A stretch of DNA of 64,000 bases, taken from Gemmatimonadota bacterium (GTDB lineage: Bacteria > Gemmatimonadota > Gemmatimonadetes > Gemmatimonadales > GWC2-71-9). Below the pieces are notes generated by a model. It saw only the letters and a program-made list of their open reading frames with translations. It was not told the origin of the DNA and did not search any database. Where the stretch lies: positions 96,001 to 160,000 of the forward strand of contig JBDHAB010000006.1 of NCBI GenBank assembly GCA_039588295.1, in the 5' to 3' direction. Made by a program: the position numbers and the translations under genes. Below, one piece after another: positions 36,503 through 47,066 of the stretch. How positions within the stretch are numbered: position 1 is the stretch's first letter; the number at the start of each line of letters is the position of its first letter.

Positions 36503-39409
36503 ATGCGTAAGACGTCCTTCGTGTTTGCCATCGCGTGCTGCGTCGCGAGCATCGCCCATGCCCAGAGCAGCGCAAAGCGCCCGCTGGATCATGAGGTGTA
36601 CGACAGCTGGAACCAAATCCGCGACCAGCAATTGTCGGACGACGGTCGATGGGTGCTGTACGCGCTCGTGCCGCAGGACGGAGATGCAGAGCTTCACGTG
36701 CGTAGCGTGGCGTCGACTACCACCCATGTCGTGGCTCGTGGACGCTCCGCACAATTCTCGGCGGAGGGCGGGTTCGTCGTATTCCTGATCAAGCCGGAGC
36801 TCACTGCGCAGCGTGAGGCCAAGAAGGAGAAGAAGAAGCCCGACGACCAACCGAAGGACTCGCTTGGCATCCTCAATCTCGGCACAGGGGAGATTACGCG
36901 GGTCGAGCGGGTCAAGTCATTCGCGGTGCCCGACGATGCCGGAGCCTGGGTGGCGTATCTCCTCGAGAAGGCCGTGAAGGAAGGGGAGGAGGACGATACG
37001 ACTGAGGCCGAGGAGCAGGAACCGGCGGAGCCGAAAGAGCCCGAGCCGGAGGAGGAAGCGCAGGAGGAAGAGGAGGACAAGAAGAAGGACAAGAAGGATG
37101 GCACCACCTTGGTGCTGCGGAACCTCAACTCGGGAGAGGAGCAGCAGTTCGACCTCGTGATGGAATACGCGTTTGCCGCGGATGGGGAGTTCCTGGCGTA
37201 CGCGACCTCCAGTAAAGACGGCTCATTGGACGGAGCGTACGCAGTGGAGACCGCCACCGGGACCGTTTTGTCCTTGTTGGAAGGTGAGGGCAACTACAAG
37301 GCGCTGACCGTTGACGAGTCGAGTGAGCAACTGGCGTTTCTCGCTGATCGCGACGACTACGAGGCCGACCAGCCGGCATTCGCGCTGTATCACTGGCGTA
37401 ATGGTGCGCGGGACGCCCGCATGCTGGCCGGGGAGGGAACAGCGGGAATCCCCGAGGGTTGGTGGGTCGGCGAACACGGCGAGCTCTCGTTCTCCGAGAA
37501 TGGACAACGCCTGTTCTTCGGCACGGCACCGCGGCCCGCGCCGGAGCCGGAGGAGGAAACGCCCGAGTGGGAGGAGGTCAAGGTGGACATCTGGAACTGG
37601 AAGGACCTCCTACTCCAGCCAATGCAGTTGGTCCAGCGCGACGAGGAGCTGAAGCGCACGTACAGAGCCGTGGTGCATTTGGGGGATGCGCGTGTCGTGC
37701 AGCTTGCGGATGAGGCGGTGCCCGAGGTCGAGGTGATCCAAGACGGCGATGGCGATGTCGCGTTAGGATTCACCAACGTCCCCTACCGACAGCTCATCTC
37801 CTGGGATACCCCCGGGTATCTGGACATCTACCTCGTCGACATCAATTCTGGTAGTCGCCGCCTGATTCGTGAACGCCTGCAGGGTTCCCGGTTTCGCGTC
37901 TCGCTCTCGCCGGAAGGTAAGTATGTCAGTTGGTGGGACGGCCATGAACGCGCCTGGTTCGTCGCCTCCGCGAGTGGTGGGGAGCCGGTGAACGTCACGG
38001 CTGCACTCCCTCATCCGATCTACAACGAATTACATGACTGGCCGATGATCCCATCGTCCTACGGCACCGCAGGGTGGACGGAAGGTGACGGGTGGTACTT
38101 GGTGTACGACCGATATGACATCTGGGCCGTCGATCCGTCGGGTCGGCGGGCACCGATGAACATCACTGAAGGCATGGGTCGCGAGCGCAACGTCCAGTTC
38201 CGGTACGTGCGGCTCGATCCGGAGCAAGAGGCAATTCCCGAGCGAGATCCTATACTGCTCAGCGCGTTCGATCGTACCACCAAGACGAGTGGGTTCTACC
38301 GCGACAGGATCAGAGGCTCCGATCGGCCCCGGCAGCTGGTCATGCAGGATCGACGGTTGGGTCCGCCGAGGAAGGCGGAAGACGGTGACGTACTCCTGTT
38401 CACACGACAGAGCTTCCAGGAGTTCCCGGATCTTTGGGTGAGCGACCTCTCGCTCGGCGACATGCGGAAGATGAGCGATGCCAATCCACAACAGGCGGAG
38501 TATCGCTGGGGGACTGCTGAACTGGTTCACTGGCGCTCGACGGACGGAAAACCGCTGCAGGGCATCCTGTACAAGCCTGAAGACTTCGATCCGTCGAGGC
38601 AGTACCCGATGATGGTGTATTTCTACGAGAAGATGTCGGACGGCTTGCATTCCTATCGTAGCCCTGGGCCCGGCAGCTCGAGCATCAGTGTGAGCTTCTA
38701 TGTGAGTCGCGGATACGTGGTGTTCATTCCGGACATCCATTATCGGGTGGGGTATCCGGGGGAGAGCGCCATGGATTGCGTTGTGTCGGGCGTGTTGAGT
38801 GTGCTCGAAAACGGCTTCGTGGATCCGGATCGTGTCGGCGTGCAGGGTCATAGTTGGGGTGGCTATCAGATCGCCTACCTGGTTACCCAGACGAACATCT
38901 TCCGCGCTGCGGAGGCGGGCGCGCCCGTGTCCAACATGACGAGCGCGTACGGCGGCATTCGTTGGGGTAGTGGCATGAGCCGCATGTTCCAGTACGAGCG
39001 ATCGCAGAGTCGTATCGGCGGCACCTTGTGGGATGCACGGCCCCGATACCTCGCCAACTCACCGCTGTTCTGGGCGGACAAGATCGAAACGCCGGTCCTC
39101 ATGCTGCACAATGACGAGGACGGCGCCGTGCCGTGGTATCAGGGCATCGAGTTCTTCGTGGCCCTGCGGCGGCTGGGGAAGCCGGCGTGGATGTTGAACT
39201 ACAACGGCGAGCCGCATGGCCTGCGGAAGTACCCGAACAAGAAGGACTGGGCGATCCGTATGCAGCAGTTCTTCGACCACTATCTGCAGGACGCACCGCC
39301 GCCGGTCTGGCTGGCCGAGGGTGTGCCCGCGGTGGAGAAGGGACGCACACGCGGCTTGGAGCTGGTCGAGCCGGAGCCGACAACGGGCGGAGGGTCGGGC
39401 AGCCGCTAG
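36503..39409 (+). CDS. Secreted S9 (prolyl oligopeptidase family) peptidase
   Basis: Signal peptide; GHSWGG, DGAV, EPHG triad. Confidence 0.93.
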   Translation: MRKTSFVFAIACCVASIAHAQSSAKRPLDHEVYDSWNQIRDQQLSDDGRWVLYALVPQDGDAELHVRSVASTTTHVVARGRSAQFSAEGGFVVFLIKPELTAQREAKKEKKKPDDQPKDSLGILNLGTGEITRVERVKSFAVPDDAGAWVAYLLEKAVKEGEEDDTTEAEEQEPAEPKEPEPEEEAQEEEEDKKKDKKDGTTLVLRNLNSGEEQQFDLVMEYAFAADGEFLAYATSSKDGSLDGAYAVETATGTVLSLLEGEGNYKALTVDESSEQLAFLADRDDYEADQPAFALYHWRNGARDARMLAGEGTAGIPEGWWVGEHGELSFSENGQRLFFGTAPRPAPEPEEETPEWEEVKVDIWNWKDLLLQPMQLVQRDEELKRTYRAVVHLGDARVVQLADEAVPEVEVIQDGDGDVALGFTNVPYRQLISWDTPGYLDIYLVDINSGSRRLIRERLQGSRFRVSLSPEGKYVSWWDGHERAWFVASASGGEPVNVTAALPHPIYNELHDWPMIPSSYGTAGWTEGDGWYLVYDRYDIWAVDPSGRRAPMNITEGMGRERNVQFRYVRLDPEQEAIPERDPILLSAFDRTTKTSGFYRDRIRGSDRPRQLVMQDRRLGPPRKAEDGDVLLFTRQSFQEFPDLWVSDLSLGDMRKMSDANPQQAEYRWGTAELVHWRSTDGKPLQGILYKPEDFDPSRQYPMMVYFYEKMSDGLHSYRSPGPGSSSISVSFYVSRGYVVFIPDIHYRVGYPGESAMDCVVSGVLSVLENGFVDPDRVGVQGHSWGGYQIAYLVTQTNIFRAAEAGAPVSNMTSAYGGIRWGSGMSRMFQYERSQSRIGGTLWDARPRYLANSPLFWADKIETPVLMLHNDEDGAVPWYQGIEFFVALRRLGKPAWMLNYNGEPHGLRKYPNKKDWAIRMQQFFDHYLQDAPPPVWLAEGVPAVEKGRTRGLELVEPEPTTGGGSGSR

Positions 39410-39556
39410 GGGGTCAACGGGGAATCGGCTCCGCCGCGGCAACCGGATCAGGACGTCACCGCCGGGGACCTCTTGCTCCTGCCCCCTCCCGCTCCGCGTG
39501 CTGCTGCCTATCTTCTATCTCCTGGCGGCCATCTAGAACTCGAGTGGTAGGAGCAC

Positions 39557-39658
39557 ATGGGGTATCCGAAGAAACATCGAGGTAGGCGGAAAATTGGGAG
39601 CAAACGCCGTCGAATGCGGCGGAAGCGGCGGAAGGGCCAGCGCTTGCGCAAGAAGTAG
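39557..39658 (+). CDS. 33-aa highly basic small protein
   Basis: AGGAG RBS; MGYPKKHRGRRKIGSKRRRMRRKRRKGQRLRKK; sits alone in the intergenic gap with a downstream hairpin. Confidence 0.7.
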   Translation: MGYPKKHRGRRKIGSKRRRMRRKRRKGQRLRKK

Positions 39659-39752
39659 CCCGGTGTAGCATCGGGGATGGCCTGGTGGAAGCACGCCAGA
39701 CGGCATCCGCGACGACATCACATAGATCGTGTCATTGTCGGTCCTACGACAA

Positions 39753-39783
39753 GCGGCCCTCCCAGTCCGATTGGGAGGGCCGC
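39753..39783. terminator. Perfect 12-bp stem-loop between convergent genes
   Basis: GCGGCCCTCCCA-GTCCGAT-TGGGAGGGCCGC; no U-tract. Confidence 0.7.
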
Positions 39784-39808
39784 GTATCCACCGATCGGTG
39801 CTCGACCG

Positions 39809-40705
39809 CTACAGCACGGTCGCGACGATCAACGCCCCCGCCAGCACTACGTTGGTGGAGAGATTCCAGACCACGTTGGAGCCCATCGCCGGGACTGGCA
39901 CGGCATCCGCTGCGTGTTGGAACGCCCAACCGAGGGGCTTGGCCAGGAGCAGCAGCGACGGAAGCACCGCGACGAGGGCCAGGAGCGGCAGCTTCCCGAG
40001 CGTCACGGCAAGGATGATCGATGCAGGTGTGAGCAACGCGGCGATGGCATAGACGAGAGCCGCCGCGGGTCGACCTAACATCAGCACGATGTTCTGACGT
40101 CCCCCTTCGCGATCGGCTGCTTCGTCGGGGAATTCATTGAGCAGCAGCAGGTTGAAGGTGGTGAGCGTGGCCGGGATGCCAGCCCAAACCGCCGCCTCGG
40201 GGATGACGCCGCTTTGCACGAGCGCAACGCCCACGACCGGCAGCCCGCCCAGGCCGAGACCGGCCGCAAGCTCACCCACGCCAATTCGGGCGAGCCCATC
40301 GGTGTACCCGACCACGAAGATCGCGCCGATGATCATGAAGGGGATAATGGGCCAGCCGATCTTGCTGTAGAACCAGATGCCCGCCGCTAGGCCAATGGCA
40401 GCGGTTACCACGCCGAACCAGAATGCCGCGCGGGTCGACATCTCGCCCGCGGGGAGCGTTCCGCTTCCCCCCGAGAACGGTGTGCGCTGGGTCTTGAGGT
40501 CGATCCCGGTCTTCATGTCGCTCCACTCGTTGAACGCGTCGACCGCGATATGCAGTGCGATCAGTCCGACCAATGCCACGACAGTGCGTAACCAGCTGAA
40601 TGACCCAGTGTAGGCGGCAGCGGCCGCCCCCGCGGCAACCAGCGTGACCGGGAGGAGCAGGAACGGCGCGCGCGCTACGCCAGCAAACGCTTTGATGCTT
40701 GGCAT
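39809..40705 (-). CDS. menA: UbiA/MenA family prenyltransferase
   Basis: NEWSDMKTGID, RTPFSGGSG, NEFPDEAADREGGR; multiple TM. Confidence 0.75.
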   Translation of the reverse strand: MPSIKAFAGVARAPFLLLPVTLVAAGAAAAAYTGSFSWLRTVVALVGLIALHIAVDAFNEWSDMKTGIDLKTQRTPFSGGSGTLPAGEMSTRAAFWFGVVTAAIGLAAGIWFYSKIGWPIIPFMIIGAIFVVGYTDGLARIGVGELAAGLGLGGLPVVGVALVQSGVIPEAAVWAGIPATLTTFNLLLLNEFPDEAADREGGRQNIVLMLGRPAAALVYAIAALLTPASIILAVTLGKLPLLALVAVLPSLLLLAKPLGWAFQHAADAVPVPAMGSNVVWNLSTNVVLAGALIVATVL

Positions 40706-40764
40706 ATTCCCTCGAGTTGCGTGATGTCCGTGACCCGCAAGGCGGAAAACCTAGTGGACCGGTT

Positions 40765-42513
40765 CTAGTAACGCCAACTCGTGAGATCGGCTCCGGCCGG
40801 GGCCGTCTGCTCCATGCGCGCGAGGATCTTGGGTAGGTACATGGAGTTGTACCGCAGTCGAGAAACATGGTTGGGGTTGTCGTGGTCACCGTTCCAGCAG
40901 TGCTCGGCGCGGTCTCCATAGTCGACCTCTCCGGCATAGTACGGATCGGTGGTATTCCCGAGGAACTCCTCCATGAGGTAGACGGCGTTGTTCAGATAGT
41001 AGTTGTCCATGTCACCCACGTAGATGTGAATCTTCCCGACGAGCTTCGCACCAAGAAGGTGCCAGTCACGCTCGAGGATATGGCGCAAGTCGAAATGCTG
41101 ACGCCAGTACTCTGCCACCTCGCGGTCGATCTCCCCGGTTCGTTTGTTCCACAGACGCTTGGGATAGCCGTCCTCACCCATTGGTGAATAGACGGCCTCC
41201 CAGATGTCGAACTGGTCCCCGGAGCGGCTTTTCGTTCCCAGGACCAGCTCGAGATGGTTGTAGTCGGCCAGCGTGCGATCGACCTGGCCCAGCCAGTCAC
41301 GATGTCCCGGGAGATCGACGCGCTTGAGTGCTCCTTGTCGATGGTACGCGTTGTCATCTTCGTAGATGTTGACGAGCGTGTACGCCCGGAAATCGATGGG
41401 GTCAGGGCACGCGGCAAACGTGCCGTTGTACTCGTCCGGATAAAAGACCTGTGCCGCAAGGGCTTCCCATCCGCCGGTGGAGCCGCCGTACAGGAATCGT
41501 GCCCACCCCTCCCCGAGCCCGCGAAATCGATTCTCGATGTATGGGAGGAGCTCGTAGGTGATGGCGTCGCCGTACGGGCCGAGATTCGCGGAGTTCACGG
41601 CATAGGAATCGTCGTAGTACGGATTGGCGTGTTGGACTTGGACGATCAGCATCCGCGGGTAGTCGGGGCCAATCCACTTCCGGTAGAAGTCGTACGCTTC
41701 CTGTTGTACGATGCGGTTGTAGCCGTCAACGCCGAAGCGCGCGCTATACGTGGGCTCCAGATTGGGATCCGGTGGTTCGGTGCGAAAGCCACCGAAGTCG
41801 GCGGGAAAGTGACCGTGGAAGATCGCAATGGGGTACCGGGCTTCGGGATGCTCGTCAAACCCTTCGGGCAACAACACGTGCGCGCCGAGATACATCGGGC
41901 GACCCCAGAACTCACTCAGGAGCTTGCTCTGGATTCTGATGTGCTTGACGAACTCCGTGTCGTGCGGCTCCTCGATGGGTGGCATCATGTTGTCGAGCGA
42001 GAGAGAGAGCCGTATCTCCGCTGCGGGATCGACATGCATCCAGGCGGGTTGACTGAACAGATTGCCTGGCGCGCGCTGCCATCGTTGTCCCTCACCACGA
42101 TCCATGGGGAGCTGCACAGTCTTTCCGTTCGACAAGTGGAACGTTTCGTACTTGTGCAGGACTGCCTGGATGTAGTAATCGCCGGGGGGCAGCTTGCTGA
42201 GATCGTCGAGCGGAAAACCGAACACGCCACTGCTGATCACCGCTTCGGTCCCCGGCGTCAGGCCGTGGACGTCGATTCCGAGAATCTGGGGTGCGTCGAG
42301 GCTCGACGTGACCTGAAACCGCGGCTCGGTCCGGTCGCTGGTCGACAGGATGAGAAGGACGCGTCCGTCCAGTGGTTCGCTCCCGACTGTTGGGGGGAAG
42401 GAGATGCCGAACTCGAGCCCGGTAGCAACGCGGGAGAGTGTGCTCGGCACCCAGCCGGCGAGCGCGAGAACGCCGGCCGCTGCCAAAGTCGCGAGCAGTG
42501 AACGTGAGACCAT
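40765..42513 (-). CDS. Secreted alpha/beta-hydrolase (putative esterase)
   Basis: Signal peptide; DDSYAVNSAN, GGSTGGW, GDMD, EHCW. Confidence 0.8.
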   Translation of the reverse strand: MVSRSLLATLAAAGVLALAGWVPSTLSRVATGLEFGISFPPTVGSEPLDGRVLLILSTSDRTEPRFQVTSSLDAPQILGIDVHGLTPGTEAVISSGVFGFPLDDLSKLPPGDYYIQAVLHKYETFHLSNGKTVQLPMDRGEGQRWQRAPGNLFSQPAWMHVDPAAEIRLSLSLDNMMPPIEEPHDTEFVKHIRIQSKLLSEFWGRPMYLGAHVLLPEGFDEHPEARYPIAIFHGHFPADFGGFRTEPPDPNLEPTYSARFGVDGYNRIVQQEAYDFYRKWIGPDYPRMLIVQVQHANPYYDDSYAVNSANLGPYGDAITYELLPYIENRFRGLGEGWARFLYGGSTGGWEALAAQVFYPDEYNGTFAACPDPIDFRAYTLVNIYEDDNAYHRQGALKRVDLPGHRDWLGQVDRTLADYNHLELVLGTKSRSGDQFDIWEAVYSPMGEDGYPKRLWNKRTGEIDREVAEYWRQHFDLRHILERDWHLLGAKLVGKIHIYVGDMDNYYLNNAVYLMEEFLGNTTDPYYAGEVDYGDRAEHCWNGDHDNPNHVSRLRYNSMYLPKILARMEQTAPAGADLTSWRY

Positions 42514-42682
42514 GGTCATTACCTCTACGAGACGTCCGTTGCAGGAGGCCGCGCGTGGCGGGGCATGCACCTGGTGGTGGGCAGCGTCACCGGCGAAGGT
42601 AGCGCTCGCGAACCGGTGCAGCTAGGCGGATCGGGGCGATGCGTGGAGACCTTCCCTTCGACGGCGCCTCGGCCCTAATTTC

Positions 42683-42784
42683 GTGACCCCACTGGATCGA
42701 ACCTTCGAGGCATTGCGGTTGCTCACGAGGGATGCCGAGCACAACGACGACTTCACGCTGCTGACAGTGCGCCGGGACGGCTGA
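42683..42784 (+). pseudogene. 33-codon remnant resembling the C-terminus of a PP2C/SpoIIE phosphatase
   Basis: ..FEALRLLTRDAEHNDDFTLLTVRRDG*; matches the DDxTLLxV terminal strand. Confidence 0.45.
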
Positions 42785-42809
42785 CGCAGCAGCTGACGCT
42801 GAGGCCCAC

Positions 42810-44330
42810 ATGACACTCGTTCTCAACGGCGACAGCCTCACGGTCGACAACCTGGTGGATGTTGCCCGCGGCAATCGCGGGGTCGAACTCCACCCCGAGG
42901 CGGAACGGCGCATTCGTGATTGCCGAGCCATGCTGAACCGTAAGCTTGCCGCAGGTGAGATCGTGTACGGCATCAACACGGGGATCGGAGAATTCTCGGA
43001 GACGTTGCTCAGTGATGACGAGGTCAAGGAGTTTCAGCGCTTTCTGATCTACAATCATGCTGCGGGGATCGGCGATCCAGCCCCCCGGGAGTACGTGCGG
43101 GCCGCGATGGTGTCCCGCATCAACGTGCTCGCGAAGGGGCGCTCCGGCCTGCGATTAGAGGCAGTACGCATCCTTGCCGAGATGCTGAACCGCAGTGTGA
43201 CACCCTATGTCTGCCAGAAGGGGTCCGTAGGGGCGAGCGGGGATTTGGCCCCGATGTCTCAGATCGCCCTGGCCGCGATTGGCGAGGGGCAAGCGTGGCT
43301 CGGAGGCGAGCTGCTTCCCGCGTCCAATGCCCTCGCTCGCGCCGGCATCGAGCCCATCGTGCTTCATGCTCGTGACGGGTTAGCGCTGATCAACGGCTCC
43401 AACTTCCTGAACGGCATGAACGCACTTCACCTGCACGACATCGATCGTTGGCTCAAGCACGCGGAGATCGCAGCGGCGATGACCCTGGAGGCGTTACATG
43501 CCAATCTCAAGCCGTACGACCGTCGGCTGCACGAGGCCCGGGGCTACCGAGGAGCAGTCCGGAGCGCCGACGCCATCATGAAGTGCATTCGGGGGAGTGC
43601 GATCCAAGCCGGTGGGAAGAAGAGGCTTCAAGATGCGTACTCGATGCGGAGCACTCCGCAGGTAGTCGGCGCTGCGCACGACGCCGTGGCTTACGCGCGC
43701 GACCAAGTAGAGATCGAGCTAAACGGGGTCGGGGACAACCCCGTCTTCTTTGTGGAGGACGATCTCGTGCTGACCGGAGCCAACTTCCAGGGGACTCCGG
43801 TATCGCTCCCGATGGAAATGGTGGGTACGGCGGTGACCATGGTATCCGTCTTGTCGGAGCGTCGACTCAACCGCCTGCTCAACCCGGCACTCTCCGTCGG
43901 TCTTCCGGCGTTTCTCACCAAGCGACCCGGCTTCCACAGCGGCATGATGCTGAGTCAGTACACTGCCGGTACCCTCATCGTGGAACAGCGTCTGCTCTCA
44001 GCACCGGCTGCGTGCGCGTCGATTCCGGCGGCGGCGGACCAAGAGGACTTCGTCAGCATGGGCATGAACACGGCAATCAAGAACGGCCAGATCCTCGCCA
44101 ATGCTCACGCTGTGCTGGGGATCGAGTTGATGGCGGCGGCGCAGGCGCTCGACTTGCGTGGCCACGGTATGGGCAGAGGCGTCGGTGCCGCCCATCGCGT
44201 GATTCGAGCACACGTCGGGCGTCTCGATGAAGACCGGCCGCTGTATCCCGATCACACGTGCATGGCGAAACTCGTCGAGTCAGGGGAGATCCTCGATGCC
44301 GTTGAAACCGAGGTCGGGCCGCTCCACTGA
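42810..44330 (+). CDS. hutH: Histidine (aromatic amino acid) ammonia-lyase
   Basis: YGINTG, GASGDLAP (MIO), GLALING, QDAYSMR, DNP, QEDFVSMG. Confidence 0.88.
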   Translation: MTLVLNGDSLTVDNLVDVARGNRGVELHPEAERRIRDCRAMLNRKLAAGEIVYGINTGIGEFSETLLSDDEVKEFQRFLIYNHAAGIGDPAPREYVRAAMVSRINVLAKGRSGLRLEAVRILAEMLNRSVTPYVCQKGSVGASGDLAPMSQIALAAIGEGQAWLGGELLPASNALARAGIEPIVLHARDGLALINGSNFLNGMNALHLHDIDRWLKHAEIAAAMTLEALHANLKPYDRRLHEARGYRGAVRSADAIMKCIRGSAIQAGGKKRLQDAYSMRSTPQVVGAAHDAVAYARDQVEIELNGVGDNPVFFVEDDLVLTGANFQGTPVSLPMEMVGTAVTMVSVLSERRLNRLLNPALSVGLPAFLTKRPGFHSGMMLSQYTAGTLIVEQRLLSAPAACASIPAAADQEDFVSMGMNTAIKNGQILANAHAVLGIELMAAAQALDLRGHGMGRGVGAAHRVIRAHVGRLDEDRPLYPDHTCMAKLVESGEILDAVETEVGPLH

Positions 44331-44363
44331 GCCCGCACGGTGTTGTGAGGAGGAGGTGGCAGC

Positions 44364-45551
44364 ATGAACGGTGACATCCGCGCGCTCGGCCGTGCGCTCG
44401 CGCTCGGGACGCTCCTGGTTCCTTGGGCCCCGGCCGTCTGGTGTCAGACGGAGATTCCCCGTGTCACGACCGAGCCCGGCGTTCTGGGCGCACCGTTTCC
44501 CTACGCCGTACCCGAAGCCGTCGGCCTCGACGGATCGGTGATCGCTGACCTTGCAGATGAGGTGTACGGCTTCGTGCGGGACGGGAAGATCGTGGGTGGC
44601 GAGATCATGATCGTGAAAGACCGGCGAATCGTGTTGCACGAAGCAATCGGATGGAGCGATCGCGAGCGTCGCCTCCCGATGCAGCGCAACTCCATCTACC
44701 GCATTCGCTCGATGACCAAACCGTTTATCGGAACATCGATACTGTTGTTGATGGAGGAAGACCGCCTAGGGCTCGACGACCGCGTCGCGCAGCACCTCCC
44801 GTCGTTCGACAATGAGCGCTCCGGGTCGATCACGGTGCGGCAACTGCTCACGCATACGTCGGGGTTCGAGCAGGATGTGTACCCGCCAGACTACTGGGCG
44901 AGCGGCTCCCTGCAGCGTGCGGTGGACCGGGCGGGTCGCGCGGGTCCGCCCAACCCTCCGGGCGAACGATATCGATACGCCGACCTCAACTCCGGTACGC
45001 TGGGAGCGATCGTTGCCAGGCTGTCGGGCGAACTGGTTGAGGAGTTTCTCCGCAGGCGTGTCCTTGGTCCGCTGGATCTCGAGGACACACATGCGCTGTT
45101 CACCCCGGAGGTACCCTGGGCGGATCGGATGAACAGCACCTATCGGCAGCGCGGAGAGACCTGGGTCAAGTACTGGGACAACTCCATGCCGCAGCGCGCG
45201 CCCTTCTTTCGGGCGAGCGGCGGGCTGTACACCACGGTGTTCGACTACGCACGCTTCCTGGCGATGTGGATGGATCGCGGGCGTGTGGGGGATGATCGCC
45301 TGCTCTCCGAAGCCACGGTGCTGGAGGCGTTGCAGCGCGGGTCGGACGCCGATTACGGCTTGCACTGGCAGATCATGGGCGACGCTGAGGCCCCTGGGGC
45401 GCTTCCGCTCTTCGGCCACGGTGGCTCCGACGGCACCCTCGCCGTCGCGATCCCCGAACGCGACGTCATGGTGCTCTATTTCACCCAGTCTCGTGGGACG
45501 ACGACCCGTCGGGAGATCCGGGAGCCGCTCGTGGAGTTGTTCCGGCCCTAG
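44364..45551 (+). CDS. Secreted serine hydrolase, beta-lactamase class C-like
   Basis: SMTK, LLTHTSG, YRY, HGG. Confidence 0.88.
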   Translation: MNGDIRALGRALALGTLLVPWAPAVWCQTEIPRVTTEPGVLGAPFPYAVPEAVGLDGSVIADLADEVYGFVRDGKIVGGEIMIVKDRRIVLHEAIGWSDRERRLPMQRNSIYRIRSMTKPFIGTSILLLMEEDRLGLDDRVAQHLPSFDNERSGSITVRQLLTHTSGFEQDVYPPDYWASGSLQRAVDRAGRAGPPNPPGERYRYADLNSGTLGAIVARLSGELVEEFLRRRVLGPLDLEDTHALFTPEVPWADRMNSTYRQRGETWVKYWDNSMPQRAPFFRASGGLYTTVFDYARFLAMWMDRGRVGDDRLLSEATVLEALQRGSDADYGLHWQIMGDAEAPGALPLFGHGGSDGTLAVAIPERDVMVLYFTQSRGTTTRREIREPLVELFRP

Positions 45552-45607
45552 CACGAAGCCCGCCACTGGAGAGCGCAGCGGGCGTCCGGCCGAGGCACGG
45601 CTGCGGT

Positions 45608-47062
45608 CTACGGTGAGCCACCCCGACGCTCGCCGATCCACGCCGTCACGGCCTCGAGGAACGCCGGAGCGAACTCCTTCTTCATTGTCGCATACTCGGA
45701 GGGATTGCCGGTCTCCGAGGGCAGAAAGAGGTGGTTGACGCCTGGGATGATTCGGAGGGTCACATCCGAATTCCCGGCACGCCGCAAGGCCTCGCGCATC
45801 GGGGTTTCGTTGACCGACGGCGGTACCTGCAGGTCCCGCTCACCGAAGAGCGCCAGCACCGGCACTTGGACCTGCTCGAGGGCCGACGACGGATCGTACT
45901 CGATGAAGAACCGGAACCACGGTGAGCGCGCGCTGACGATCTGTTGCTGCACCGCCATCGCCACGTACTGGTCCACGTCGCTGATGTTTCGACGTTGGTC
46001 CGGAGGCAGTCTGTCGAAGCTGGCACGGATTTGCGCGTCCAGTCGCCGTTCCACCTCATCCCAGCCCGCATCGGTTCTGATTGCGGTGAAGATGTGCTCC
46101 TGCATGGCCCGCTGGTCGGCGATCTCCTGCTCCGTTGCTCCGTTGGCCCGCAGAATGAGCTCCCCCTGGGCGTAGAGGATTTCCTCGCCTGTCACTGCGG
46201 TTCCCGCGAGCATCACGATGAAGCGAACGTCGGAGGATCGTGCCGCGGCCATAGCGGCCACGATTGCGCCCTCGCTGTGACCGATGAGACCGATCGCGCT
46301 CTCGTCGATGTCGGCACGCTCCCTGAGGAGGCCGACCCCGGCCAGCGCATCGCGGGCGAAGTCATCGGACGTGGCGGTGCCGACGTTGCCGCTCGAACCG
46401 CCCACCCCTCGGTCGTCGTATCGCAACACCGCGATTCCGTGCCGGGTCAAGTGGTCAGCGATGATGCGGAACGGTTTGAAGCCGAACAGCTCCTCGTCGC
46501 GGTTCTGTGGCCCGCTGCCAGTGATCATCACGACCGCGGGGTGCGGTCCACCGCCCTCGGGGAGGCTGAGCGTCCCGGCAAGCGTGACCTCCCCATTGGC
46601 GAATCGCACCTCTTCCTCGAGATACGGCAGCGGCTCTCCGGCGGGAGTCGCCTCCGAAGGTGCCGGTTCCGCTCCGGCGCGGCCGAGCCAGAAGGTCCCA
46701 CTGACGCCGGCCTGGGTGAACGAGCCGTCGATCCGCTCGCCATCCTGCCGGCCGTCGAACACCGCGAGCCCCGGACCCGCCGGAAGCTCGAAATGCACCA
46801 CCGGCGGATCGACCCGTACGGCGGTCAGCGGCAGCCCGAACGCGTTCTGCTGTGGGATGTCGATCTTCGCCGATACCGCGGTGTCGACCCGGTCAAAGGC
46901 CACGATAATGTCCAGCGTCTGACCGAGAATCTCAATTGCACCTTCCCACTTGCCGGCGATCGGCTCTTGCGCCTGCGCGCCGCCGGCGAGTGCGTGGGCC
47001 ATGACTACGAGGAGCGTCGGCCAGGTACGCTGTCGTCTGCGAGACTGGGTCGTGCGGTCCAT
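45608..47062 (-). CDS. Secreted alpha/beta hydrolase
   Basis: TGSGPQNRD, DDRGVG, GHSEG, DLQV, NHLF. Confidence 0.88.
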   Translation of the reverse strand: MDRTTQSRRRQRTWPTLLVVMAHALAGGAQAQEPIAGKWEGAIEILGQTLDIIVAFDRVDTAVSAKIDIPQQNAFGLPLTAVRVDPPVVHFELPAGPGLAVFDGRQDGERIDGSFTQAGVSGTFWLGRAGAEPAPSEATPAGEPLPYLEEEVRFANGEVTLAGTLSLPEGGGPHPAVVMITGSGPQNRDEELFGFKPFRIIADHLTRHGIAVLRYDDRGVGGSSGNVGTATSDDFARDALAGVGLLRERADIDESAIGLIGHSEGAIVAAMAAARSSDVRFIVMLAGTAVTGEEILYAQGELILRANGATEQEIADQRAMQEHIFTAIRTDAGWDEVERRLDAQIRASFDRLPPDQRRNISDVDQYVAMAVQQQIVSARSPWFRFFIEYDPSSALEQVQVPVLALFGERDLQVPPSVNETPMREALRRAGNSDVTLRIIPGVNHLFLPSETGNPSEYATMKKEFAPAFLEAVTAWIGERRGGSP

Positions 47063-47066
47063 GGTA

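Noticed and set aside
36975..37100. GAG/AAG-rich repeat-like stretch
   Set aside because: Encodes an acidic/lysine low-complexity linker in the S9 peptidase; not a DNA repeat element.
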